Assembly: GCA_913051185.1 (NCBI GenBank)
Contig: CAJXBM010000004.1
Location: 1 to 62,711, forward strand
Reading direction: 5' to 3'
Length of the DNA: 62,711 bases
Source: an uncultured Chloroflexota bacterium
GTDB taxonomy: Bacteria > Chloroflexota > Dehalococcoidia > UBA2979
The stretch's first letter is position 1, and every line of letters begins with the position of its first letter. The notes under the pieces were generated by a model. The model was not told the DNA's origin. It saw only the letters and a program-made list of their open reading frames with translations, and made no database searches. A program made the translations under genes and the position numbers. Below are positions 39,471-48,687 of this stretch, piece by piece.

Positions 39471-40490
39471 TCAGACCGTAAATAAATTTGGCACTTTGGG
39501 TAAATCCATAACTTCTTCTGAAGCTAGTCGATATGCCTCTTTCTTATACACCTGAACTCGGTGACAACCATAATCTCCTACAAACAATCTGCCATCCTGA
39601 GTTCTAACTGAACTTGGTGACTTAAATCTCTTCGTGGGCTCGAGATCAGCCATATCACGAAGCCGCAATACCTTCAGATTAGTTAGTATATAAATTCGTC
39701 CCATTTCACCAAGTGTTGAGTCTCCAATGAACTCTTCCACATGTCTTCCATTCCGATCGAACTGCAAAACTCTACCATTGCCTCGGTCTACCACGTATAC
39801 ATCTCCATCAGCATCAACTGATATACCTGCTGGACGAGATAATTGTCCGGGACCTGATCCCGATGAGCCTATTACCTCTAATACCACTCCAGATGAATCA
39901 AAAACTTGAACTCGATCATTGCGCCAATCCGCAACGACTATGTTCCCTTCTGGCGTGACTGAAATACCCCAAGGCATATTAAATTGACCGGGCTGGTCAC
40001 CAAAATCTCCAAAGGACGATATATATTCTCCCTTGGAAGAGAATTTCTGAATTCGATGATTTTGCGTGTCTGACACCAATATATTTCCATCAGAGTCAAA
40101 GACCATATGAGATGGCCTATTTAGTTGACCAGGCTCTGACCCGTATTCTCCCCAGCGGCCAATCTCTTCACCATCTGTCTTTAGCATCGTAATATTATGA
40201 GCGCCTTCGTCTGATATATATAAGAGACCATCTTGGTCCTTGGTTATTCCAGCGGGCCAAGTCCAGCCGCCACCGATTCCACCCAGATCTTTATCATCCC
40301 AACTTACAGTCCTAATACTGCCACCAACATCAAATCGACCTAGACAGTAAACCTCATTATTAGGACCAACTTCTATATCAATCGGATACCAAGTTATCCT
40401 GCGCATCCCTAATGTTTTTTCATACGGAAAACCAGCCCTGAGTAAAACCTCATAATCCGCAGTATCTGTCTTCTTCGTATCTGTAGTCAT
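39471..40490 (-). CDS. NHL-repeat beta-propeller protein
   Basis: Repeated G.F..P.GI..D..G.I.V.D..N.RVQ.F units (PGQLNRP, PGQFNMP, PGQLSRP). Confidence 0.9.
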   Translation of the reverse strand: MTTDTKKTDTADYEVLLRAGFPYEKTLGMRRITWYPIDIEVGPNNEVYCLGRFDVGGSIRTVSWDDKDLGGIGGGWTWPAGITKDQDGLLYISDEGAHNITMLKTDGEEIGRWGEYGSEPGQLNRPSHMVFDSDGNILVSDTQNHRIQKFSSKGEYISSFGDFGDQPGQFNMPWGISVTPEGNIVVADWRNDRVQVFDSSGVVLEVIGSSGSGPGQLSRPAGISVDADGDVYVVDRGNGRVLQFDRNGRHVEEFIGDSTLGEMGRIYILTNLKVLRLRDMADLEPTKRFKSPSSVRTQDGRLFVGDYGCHRVQVYKKEAYRLASEEVMDLPKVPNLFTV

Positions 40491-40516
40491 ATCTTTTTCT
40501 CGCTTTGTTCAGTAAT

Positions 40517-41665
40517 CTAAACCAACATTGTTGTGCTGTACGGTCTGATTTGCTCGTACGTACCGCCGACAATTGGCTGAGCATCCATACCCATCCACTG
40601 CTCAAGAATGCTCGTGTATACGCTTCGATAATCGATGGTGTGAGTTAAGTCTTCCCCATATAACCAATCCTTTGGATCAAGTGATGGATATTCCGCATAC
40701 AAACCTCCGGATACATGGTCGCCAATGATATACGCCCCGCCGCCAGTGCCATGATCGGTTCCGGAGCCATTATCCATTATCCGTCTTCCAAATTCAGTGA
40801 ATACTAAAATAGTCACCTCTTCTGAGGCATCGTGATTTCTAATATCGGTCATGAAATCTGAAATAGCTTCGGTTAGTTCAGTCAATAAACGTGGGTGAAC
40901 TTCATTCTCTAAGGAGTGATAGTCATATCCACCATGCTGCGTATAGAACACTCGGGTACCCATGCCCGCAGTATGAACACGCGCCACGTCACGAAGCGAC
41001 TGAGCAATCGGATTACTGGCATACTCCACATCACTGGAATACCGAGAAGGGACATCTGCGAGCATATCTGCGCCACGCAGAATGTCTCGCCCTGTCTGAG
41101 CCAGGTAATCATTTACCATTCCATTACCTACTGCTGGGCTATACATTCGCTTAAAAATATCGAGGTTGGCTGCCCGTTCATCAGCTTGTTCAATCTTTGT
41201 CATTAAGCCAAATTCATCGAGGTTGCCGACGGATGTAGCCGTTACCCCTGGAGCGACTAACGCCCTTGGGAGACCTCTTCCAAACGAAACAGCAGTCAAC
41301 GGGTTTTCTGAGTTAGGATCTAATTCGCGGGTCACCTTACCTAACCAGCCCTCGGTTGCTACCTTTTCAGGTTCGCAGGTGTGCATAATATCCATTGCGC
41401 GAAAGTGTGAACGGCTCGCGTTCTCATAGCCAACACCTTGGATAACTGCCACATTACCGGCATTATAAAGTTCAGATAGAGCACCTGCAGACGGATGCCA
41501 CGCGAGACGATCGTCAAGAGAAATAGTAGACTCCGCTGCCACCGAGACCGTGGGTCGCCAGTCATAAATACGACCATCCGTATACGGAATAAGCGTATTC
41601 ATAAAGTCCAAACCACCTGATAGCTGAATTACAACTAAAACTGGATCTTTCTTCTTAGTCGTCAT
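40517..41665 (-). CDS. DUF1501 family protein (no Tat/Sec signal)
   Basis: LVVIQLSGG.D..NT, RSHF, GGYDYH, FTEFGRR..NGSGTDHG, DYRSVY; AAGGAG before ATG 41665. Confidence 0.88.
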   Translation of the reverse strand: MTTKKKDPVLVVIQLSGGLDFMNTLIPYTDGRIYDWRPTVSVAAESTISLDDRLAWHPSAGALSELYNAGNVAVIQGVGYENASRSHFRAMDIMHTCEPEKVATEGWLGKVTRELDPNSENPLTAVSFGRGLPRALVAPGVTATSVGNLDEFGLMTKIEQADERAANLDIFKRMYSPAVGNGMVNDYLAQTGRDILRGADMLADVPSRYSSDVEYASNPIAQSLRDVARVHTAGMGTRVFYTQHGGYDYHSLENEVHPRLLTELTEAISDFMTDIRNHDASEEVTILVFTEFGRRIMDNGSGTDHGTGGGAYIIGDHVSGGLYAEYPSLDPKDWLYGEDLTHTIDYRSVYTSILEQWMGMDAQPIVGGTYEQIRPYSTTMLV

Positions 41666-41692
41666 CGGTATCTCCTTCGTCAAATACTTTTT

Positions 41693-43117
41693 TTAGGCGA
41701 ACTGGTACTCAGGCGCTGAAACGATCAGCTGCAAAAGTCTAATAATTTGTTTTTGGCTTTCCGCAATATTCGCATCCGTATCAAACTGGAGCTGTCCACC
41801 CTGACTCGCCAGATCAACAAGTGCCGAATGTGTATCACCACTAATTTCCACATGGCCAGTGAGATTCAAACACAAATTTACCAAATCTTCCGGTGATAAA
41901 TTATCGCCTTGTGACTCAATTCTGGACAGAATGCTACTCACACCAGGAAGCGAAACCTCCGCGACCTGATTCACCACAAAATTTACTCTTTCGGTCAGTG
42001 TGCCGGCATCGAGCCACTCTTTTCCTGTGTGCCAACCCTCAACCGTAGGTGGATTCAGTAATTGTTGCCCCATGGCAGTAGTTGCGGCGTTCAATGAAGC
42101 AAGCATAGGGTGAGGCGTTTCCGGTAAACCTGACAGCACTAGCGCTCCAGCAACAAATTCTGCTGGACTCTTTATTTTCTTGAAGCGGGCATTCTTGAAC
42201 CAATTTGCATTCAACAGGGTTCGCATGACCTCGGTTAAGTCGCCGTCCGACTCCAAGAACACATTGGTGAGTTCATCAATTGCCTGCTGGTCCTGTGGTG
42301 GTGTAATACTCCACGCAGGGACTTGTGGTTCATCAGCTACGAAGAAATTGTACAAATGGCGTGATATAAAACGAGCGCAGGCCTCCTGCTTCACTATAAT
42401 ATCGATAATATCTTCCCCATTGAAGTTACCCTTCTCTCCGAGAAATTCCTTCTCCGAATTATCGTGTTGTTCCGGACGATAAATAAATTCCGCAGCATAT
42501 CCGCCGTAAGGATAAAGAGGTATTGGTTGTTTAAAAGTCCACCCAGTAAATGCTCGAGCAGCCATTTTGACGTCGGTTTCGCTATACGTACCTATGCCCA
42601 TCGAAAATAACTCTAATAGCTCTCGCCCGTAGTTTTCGTTAACCGCACCGTCCCTACTCTCAGAATTATCTAGCCAATAAATCATGTTTGGATCTTTAGA
42701 AAGAGCTAACAAGATATCGCGCATATTACCAAGGCCAACTTCTCTAAACATCTCCATGTGTTGCACTATTGCCGGCCCATTCTCAGCCTTATACCATGCC
42801 GTCGCGAACACATGATGCCAAAACAGTGCCATTTTTTCCATTAATGGGCGATCACTCTGCGCAAGGTTATACATCCATCGGGCGGCCCAAGTAGCGCCAG
42901 TATCCGGACTTGCTGATTGTGGCAGGTATCTGTCCAATAGATCTACATCTGGGTCAGCATACAGATTCGGGCTCAGCAGGTCTTCTACCAGCTGCTCGTA
43001 CGATTTCTCTGAAAGAGATTCAAGTCTGTCGCGACTGGCACCCACACCAACTCGGCGCATCAAATGCCCAATAAGGGCGATTCTCTCATCTGTAGATATC
43101 GAAATCTCGGTTGTCAT
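41693..43117 (-). CDS. DUF1800 family protein (no signal peptide)
   Basis: HLMRR.G.G, EKMALFWH..FAT, P.M..WLDN, NENYGRELLELFSMG, YSETDV, ARAFTGW, SAPEYQ; GGAG before ATG 43117. Confidence 0.9.
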   Translation of the reverse strand: MTTEISISTDERIALIGHLMRRVGVGASRDRLESLSEKSYEQLVEDLLSPNLYADPDVDLLDRYLPQSASPDTGATWAARWMYNLAQSDRPLMEKMALFWHHVFATAWYKAENGPAIVQHMEMFREVGLGNMRDILLALSKDPNMIYWLDNSESRDGAVNENYGRELLELFSMGIGTYSETDVKMAARAFTGWTFKQPIPLYPYGGYAAEFIYRPEQHDNSEKEFLGEKGNFNGEDIIDIIVKQEACARFISRHLYNFFVADEPQVPAWSITPPQDQQAIDELTNVFLESDGDLTEVMRTLLNANWFKNARFKKIKSPAEFVAGALVLSGLPETPHPMLASLNAATTAMGQQLLNPPTVEGWHTGKEWLDAGTLTERVNFVVNQVAEVSLPGVSSILSRIESQGDNLSPEDLVNLCLNLTGHVEISGDTHSALVDLASQGGQLQFDTDANIAESQKQIIRLLQLIVSAPEYQFA

Positions 43118-43208
43118 CGGGTCACTCCAACTATATTTTTTTAGTAAATAAATCGTCAACTTACAGTGTTATAACACATTTCGACCACCTTCGAAAAGGT
43201 GTATTTTT

Positions 43209-44390
43209 CTATCCTCGCGGTAATCCAAGTCCACGAGTTGCAATGATGTTCCGCTGTATCTCACTCGTACCAGCCGCAATCGTTAGCGAAACAGTAGTCA
43301 TGTAATACTGACAAAATTCACCACTGAGTGGAGCATGCGAATCAGAGGGTCTCAACCCACCATATAGTCCCAACATGCTGATTCCACGACGAGCCGTTCT
43401 CTGTTGCAATTCCGAGCCAAACATTTTCGACATTGATGACTCCTGATTGGGTACAAGATTCGAGGCTTGCATCCACGTAACCCTATATCCAAGATACCTA
43501 GCAACCTCAATTTCAATACGAGTTTCAGCTAATGCCTGCCGTGAAGGCGCGTGATCCGATATTCTCCTGCCACGACCTCTTGAATTCACCTCCTTGGCAT
43601 TTTCTAACAATCGGTAATAGGGCGAGATAGCACCCGCCATCCGATGGATTCCACTACGTTCAAAATCTAAAGCGGTCGCCGCGACATACCAGCCCCTGTT
43701 TTCTTCGCCAATCATATTTTTCGCAGGCACTCGGACATCTTCAAAGAATGTTTCATTGAACCCGTGTCCATCACTATCACCCTCATCATGTAGCTGTGAA
43801 ATCGGACGAATGGTGATTCCTGGGGTATCCAACTTAAGCATGAAGTAAGAAATTCCTCTGTGCTTGGGCGCCTCCGGGTCAGTCCGAGTCAGAATATGCA
43901 CCCAGTCAGCTTCCATAGCTCCGGAGGTCCATATTTTCTGACCATTAATTATGAAATCATCACCATCGCGGGTCGCTCGGGTTTGTAATGATGCAAGGTC
44001 AGATCCCGAACCTGGCTCTGAATAGCCTTGGCACCACATTACTTCACCTTGGGCGATAGGGGGCAAATGCTCCTGCTTTTGGGCATCAGTTCCATGAATA
44101 ATAAGCACGGGACCTACTCTGTCAGCCCCTTGTCCACCCGAAGGTGCATTAGCTAATGCTGATTCTTCATTAAAAATCATTTGTTCCCAGTAAGTGGCGC
44201 CGCCGCCGCCGTAATCCTCAGGCCATGACATAGTCAGCCAGCCGCCATCGGCTAGAGAACTCTCGTATGCCCTAGCCGCTTTCCAGCGTTCGCTGCGGGC
44301 CGCCCACGCACCTTTCACCCAATTATCTTCTATAAAAGCGTGAACAGTCGTGCGAAACTCCGTCTGCTTAGTCGTGAAATTGAAGTCCAT
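43209..44390 (-). CDS. Acyl-CoA dehydrogenase (FadE26/29-like)
   Basis: WCQGYSEPGSGSDLASL, INGQKIWTS, FNETFFEDV, ENRGW, IAAGTSEIQRNII; GGAGG before ATG 44390. Confidence 0.93.
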   Translation of the reverse strand: MDFNFTTKQTEFRTTVHAFIEDNWVKGAWAARSERWKAARAYESSLADGGWLTMSWPEDYGGGGATYWEQMIFNEESALANAPSGGQGADRVGPVLIIHGTDAQKQEHLPPIAQGEVMWCQGYSEPGSGSDLASLQTRATRDGDDFIINGQKIWTSGAMEADWVHILTRTDPEAPKHRGISYFMLKLDTPGITIRPISQLHDEGDSDGHGFNETFFEDVRVPAKNMIGEENRGWYVAATALDFERSGIHRMAGAISPYYRLLENAKEVNSRGRGRRISDHAPSRQALAETRIEIEVARYLGYRVTWMQASNLVPNQESSMSKMFGSELQQRTARRGISMLGLYGGLRPSDSHAPLSGEFCQYYMTTVSLTIAAGTSEIQRNIIATRGLGLPRG

Positions 44391-44476
44391 AAAATCCTCC
44401 AAAAAAGTGTAAAACTATCCCAATAGTCTAATCGATCGGTAACTTTTTTATTGATTTAGAAAGTTGTAAATGACAG

Positions 44477-46858
44477 CTAAGAGTCTACCCGTAACTGCCC
44501 CAAACGCAAGCTATTTAAAATGACTGATAATGACGAAAATGCCATAGCTGCGCCAGCTGCGGCCGGATTCAAAAACCAATTTTCGGAAAAAATAATTGAC
44601 AACGATTTGGGAACTTCTACATCACCAAAAAATAATTGAGTCAACACGTACCCTGCCCCCATCGCAACCGGCAACAGAAGCAAGTTATAAATAAAAGCCC
44701 AACCCAGATTCTGACGCATCACTCGAATCGTGGCGTGAGATAGTTTTAGTAAATATAAAAGTCCTGATAAATCTGATCGCAAAAAATTCACTCCAGCGCT
44801 ACTTTGAGTGAGATCAGAACTGTTCATCATAGATATACCCACGTCAGCTTGAGCGAGTGCTGGCGCATCATTAATACCGTCACCGATCATTGCAACGAGG
44901 CCGGTTTGGGTGTCTTGCTCCGCTGTTACGATTTGGTACTTTTCTGCCGGACTAATCTCTGAAAAGGCCATATCAATGCCCACTTTTTTGGCGACAAGAT
45001 CCGTAACAATCGCAATATCACCAGAAACCATCATAGGAACCACTGCAAATTGTCTGAGGCCCTGAATGACTGATTTGGCATCTGCTCTCACAGAGTCTTC
45101 CAACCCAAATATCCCGACTGCACATCCATTGACCGCCAGAAACACAGGAGTTAGCCCATCTGCAACGGACGTCTCAAAAATATCATTCAGACCACTCACT
45201 GAAATATCTTGTGACAAAAGCAAGGCGCTATTTCCAATAACGACTTTGTATTCCTTATCATCCCTGCTGAGCTCGGCAGTAATCCCATTTCCTGGCCAAG
45301 CCCTGAAGGTTAGAGGCCAAACAAGTTCAATGTCTCTGTCACGAGCGAGGTCAAACATTGCTATCGCATGTGGATGGTTTGATCCTCGCTCAGCACTTGC
45401 CACCATAAAAATCAGCTCCTCCTCACTTAACGTTGAATCCGCGCTAGTAAATATCGCAGCCACGCGAGGTGTCCCGTCAGTTATAGTTCCAGTTTTATCA
45501 AATAATAGTTTTTTCGTCTTGGTTAGATTTTCAAAAACCCCAGCATTGGAAATTAGGATTCCCGATTTTGCAGCCTGCCCAATTGACATTGCAATAGCAG
45601 CCGGCGTTGCGAGACCCAGAGCACATGGGCACGCAACTACTAAAACTGTGACCGAATTAATGATTGCATATGTGAATCCGTTAGAAGGACCGAAAAGCCA
45701 CCAACCAAAGAAAGTAAAAACGGCCAAGCATAAGACAGCTGGCACAAAAATCGAGGCCAATCTATCTGCAAGTTCCTGAATTGGTGCCTTTGATGCTTGC
45801 GCACGCTCGACAAGTTGAGCGATATTTGAATAGATACTTGTTTCGCCAACTGTTGTTGCCTTGATCTTCACGGTGCCATTGATATTCTGACTCCCTCCAA
45901 TCAATAAGTCACCAGCTTTCTTCAAGACAGGCTTGGACTCACCCGTCACCATCGATTCATTAGCCGCAGTCTCTCCTTCGATAATCTGTCCATCAACAGG
46001 CACCCTCTCACCTGCCCGAACAATCACGATTTCACCCGTTCTGACCGCTTTCGCCGGTATCTGAAATTCCGATCCATCATTCTCGATTACATTTGCTGTC
46101 TTGGGATAAGTCGACGCTAGATTTCGTAACATCTGTCCGGCGTTATATCGGGCTCTTGCCTCTAGAAATCGACCTAACCACAAGAAAAACACTACTAAGA
46201 CGACTGCATCAAAATAAAGCGCCTGATTCGAAATCTCTATCGATGCCTGCAGAAAAGGCATAAATAAGACGACTACACTGTATATATATGCTGTGGTGAT
46301 TCCAAGAGTTATAAGCGTGTTCATATCCGCAGATCTGTTTTTCAGAGACCGTAAAGTTGCCGTGTGAATTGGAGCGGCAATCCAACTGATAGAAATACTG
46401 GCTAAGACAAAGGACATGAACTTAGTGGCCTCAAGATCAAAAAATCGAATGGATGGATCAACAATTTCGAACGAGAAAAAAAAACGAGAACACATAAATA
46501 GCAAAATAGGTGCGGCTGTAAGGACGCCTATGACCGTCCTAAACCGAAGAACTGCGATTTCTTTATCTTGTCTGCGAAAAACTGATTCCAGCCACGAAAA
46601 CTTTGATTCACTACTTGGGAAATCTAATGCATATCCAATTTGATTAATTGCTGCCGCTAATGTAGCTTCGGTTTCCTCTACAACCTCTTCAATCTCGATT
46701 ATTGCGCTATTCGTAACTAGGTTTACAGAAGCAACAGTTACCCCTTCTACTTCTAAAAGGGCTGACTCTACTCTTCTCACGCATGACGCACAAGTCATCC
46801 CAGAGACAGACCCGTTAAGCACGGTTCCGGTAGTTGAATTCATCTCATTCATCAGCAC
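44477..46858 (-). CDS. copA: Copper(I)-translocating P1B-type ATPase
   Basis: GMTCASC HMA domain, TGES, CPCALGLATP, DKTGT, HP, GDGINDAPAL, YN and MAFSS TM motifs. Confidence 0.94.
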   Translation of the reverse strand: MLMNEMNSTTGTVLNGSVSGMTCASCVRRVESALLEVEGVTVASVNLVTNSAIIEIEEVVEETEATLAAAINQIGYALDFPSSESKFSWLESVFRRQDKEIAVLRFRTVIGVLTAAPILLFMCSRFFFSFEIVDPSIRFFDLEATKFMSFVLASISISWIAAPIHTATLRSLKNRSADMNTLITLGITTAYIYSVVVLFMPFLQASIEISNQALYFDAVVLVVFFLWLGRFLEARARYNAGQMLRNLASTYPKTANVIENDGSEFQIPAKAVRTGEIVIVRAGERVPVDGQIIEGETAANESMVTGESKPVLKKAGDLLIGGSQNINGTVKIKATTVGETSIYSNIAQLVERAQASKAPIQELADRLASIFVPAVLCLAVFTFFGWWLFGPSNGFTYAIINSVTVLVVACPCALGLATPAAIAMSIGQAAKSGILISNAGVFENLTKTKKLLFDKTGTITDGTPRVAAIFTSADSTLSEEELIFMVASAERGSNHPHAIAMFDLARDRDIELVWPLTFRAWPGNGITAELSRDDKEYKVVIGNSALLLSQDISVSGLNDIFETSVADGLTPVFLAVNGCAVGIFGLEDSVRADAKSVIQGLRQFAVVPMMVSGDIAIVTDLVAKKVGIDMAFSEISPAEKYQIVTAEQDTQTGLVAMIGDGINDAPALAQADVGISMMNSSDLTQSSAGVNFLRSDLSGLLYLLKLSHATIRVMRQNLGWAFIYNLLLLPVAMGAGYVLTQLFFGDVEVPKSLSIIFSENWFLNPAAAGAAMAFSSLSVILNSLRLGQLRVDS

Positions 46859-46867
46859 AGATATTTG

Positions 46868-47395
46868 CTACGAAGGCTTTGCAATCAAACGAGCGATTGC
46901 AAATTCCATTGACTGCCCCCATGGCATCTCAACTTCAGTACTCTCAATTTGATAACTCGAACCAAGTTCATCCAAAAGTCGCCAAGCTGCAGTAACCTCA
47001 GCAATTGCGTGATGATCACAACATGATTGAATAGTCTGCTGCTTAAGTGCTCGATGAAACTCGACGCTTTCGCTAGAACTACCACATGGACACGTATATA
47101 AAATTTCTGCACCATAATCGGTCGAAATAATCACAGGCTTGGGATCATACTTGGTGCCAGAAGATCCTGCGAGTGGTGCAAGCGCTGCGGGTCCCAAAGA
47201 GTAACCAGCCTCCCCCAAGCGAGTTTGCAACCGATCAAGTATTAGGCCTTGCTCGAGAGAAAGTGAAAATGAGCGCCTATCGGCATCTCCAGCTAGAAAT
47301 CTGGCACCCTCAATGGCATCCGTGGTTGCTTTGATAGTCGCGATGCAATGTTCACAAGTGATATCGGGACTGAATAAGGTAATTTCAACCGCCAT
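46868..47395 (-). CDS. CopZ-like HMA protein with unrecognised Cys/His-containing C-terminal domain
   Basis: DITCEHC HMA motif; tail contains YTCPCG and SCCDHH; 9 nt upstream of copA. Confidence 0.7.
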   Translation of the reverse strand: MAVEITLFSPDITCEHCIATIKATTDAIEGARFLAGDADRRSFSLSLEQGLILDRLQTRLGEAGYSLGPAALAPLAGSSGTKYDPKPVIISTDYGAEILYTCPCGSSSESVEFHRALKQQTIQSCCDHHAIAEVTAAWRLLDELGSSYQIESTEVEMPWGQSMEFAIARLIAKPS

Positions 47396-47483
47396 AACTA
47401 ACTCCCTTGTTAACTATACTTTAAACACCAAGTCATCAGCTAGCTAAACCCGACATAAGGGATACTAGGAGATTAGAGGTCCT

Positions 47484-48170
47484 ATGGCACACAACGAAAA
47501 CGATTTATCCCTGTTAACCCACGCAGTTTACAGTCCGAAAAATAGCTCCAATATAGAACTTCCTACAATTATATTGCTACATGGATATGGAGCACATGGT
47601 CTAGATTTGCTCCCGCTCGCCCCCCATATCTGCGAGGGGAACGCGTTGATAATCTGTCCACAAGCACCTCATACAGTCAGTGTCCCCGCCGGTTATCAAG
47701 CTCCCACTAACAATCAGATGTTTACCTGGGAACAGCGCGATGAGCATGGTGAAAAAATAGAAGGTGACATAGAAGAAATGGTCTCCGTACTTGAATCTTT
47801 TATTCCGGCCGCCTTAGACAAATACGCTGCGGTAGGAGGAAAACTAGCTCTGGTAGGATTTAGCCAAGGAGGGTCGCTCGCCTATCGACTTGCATTCAGT
47901 AACCGAATTACAACGTCTGCGGTTGCAGCGCTATCAACTTGGTTACCTGACGATCTGGATCAAAAAGACAATTTGCCCCTAGACCTCCCAATACTCGTGC
48001 AACACGGTACTGATGATCCTATGGTCGACATTGCACGTGGTCGGGAATCATATAGCAGGCTTAAAAACCGAGGCGCCAATGTAACAATGAAAGAATACTC
48101 AATGCAACATGAAATCAATCAAGATTCAATATCTGATCTGTCGATTTTTCTAGCTGAGCACCTAACATAA
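47484..48170 (+). CDS. Phospholipase/carboxylesterase (alpha/beta hydrolase)
   Basis: LLHGYG, GFSQGG, HGTDDP, H of catalytic triad. Confidence 0.9.
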   Translation: MAHNENDLSLLTHAVYSPKNSSNIELPTIILLHGYGAHGLDLLPLAPHICEGNALIICPQAPHTVSVPAGYQAPTNNQMFTWEQRDEHGEKIEGDIEEMVSVLESFIPAALDKYAAVGGKLALVGFSQGGSLAYRLAFSNRITTSAVAALSTWLPDDLDQKDNLPLDLPILVQHGTDDPMVDIARGRESYSRLKNRGANVTMKEYSMQHEINQDSISDLSIFLAEHLT

Positions 48171-48204
48171 CGAAGGAATTCTCCGACCAACACTCGGGAG
48201 CTGT

Positions 48205-48687
48205 TCAATCGCCAGCGCGTTTCCACTGTACTAATGTGTATGGTGGATCAGCATCCTTGTGATGTTCAAAGACAGCTTCTACTTCCTCACCGATGGTTAT
48301 AGGTCGCAACGGATCACCAAGTAGGTTTCCTACCATACGAACATTATCAGCACCTGGTAATTCAACTAAGACAACCATATAAGGACAACTCGCTTGAAGG
48401 GCCGGATGTACTGGATGCCAAACTCTCTCCCAAGAATAAATCCTACCCTTCGGCTCGACCTCCACGTACTCAAGGTCAAATTTATGACATCTGTGACAAA
48501 TCCATTCAGGTCCCCATTGATGAGCGTCACAAGCGTCACAATATTGCACTACCAAGCTATCTCGTTCAATTGCATCCCAATACGGGGTATCTAGTCCATC
48601 TTGCCAAGGCCTTGGAGCCGCAAGTCCAGGCGGTAAATAGTTATCTGGTTCAGAAGCGTGCCACTGAGAAAGTTCACCTGTCGTCAT
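48205..48687 (-). CDS. DUF35 (ChsH2-like) Zn-ribbon/OB-fold protein
   Basis: CDAC..WGP..ICHRC, G.IYSW, PY.VVLVEL, VRMVGNL; ATGA overlap with upstream thiolase-like gene. Confidence 0.88.
   Translation of the reverse strand: MTTGELSQWHASEPDNYLPPGLAAPRPWQDGLDTPYWDAIERDSLVVQYCDACDAHQWGPEWICHRCHKFDLEYVEVEPKGRIYSWERVWHPVHPALQASCPYMVVLVELPGADNVRMVGNLLGDPLRPITIGEEVEAVFEHHKDADPPYTLVQWKRAGD

Noticed and set aside
45066-45779. 237-aa plus-strand ORF
   Set aside because: Wholly antisense to copA, with no motifs; the same applies to the many 60-150 aa antisense ORFs inside confident genes
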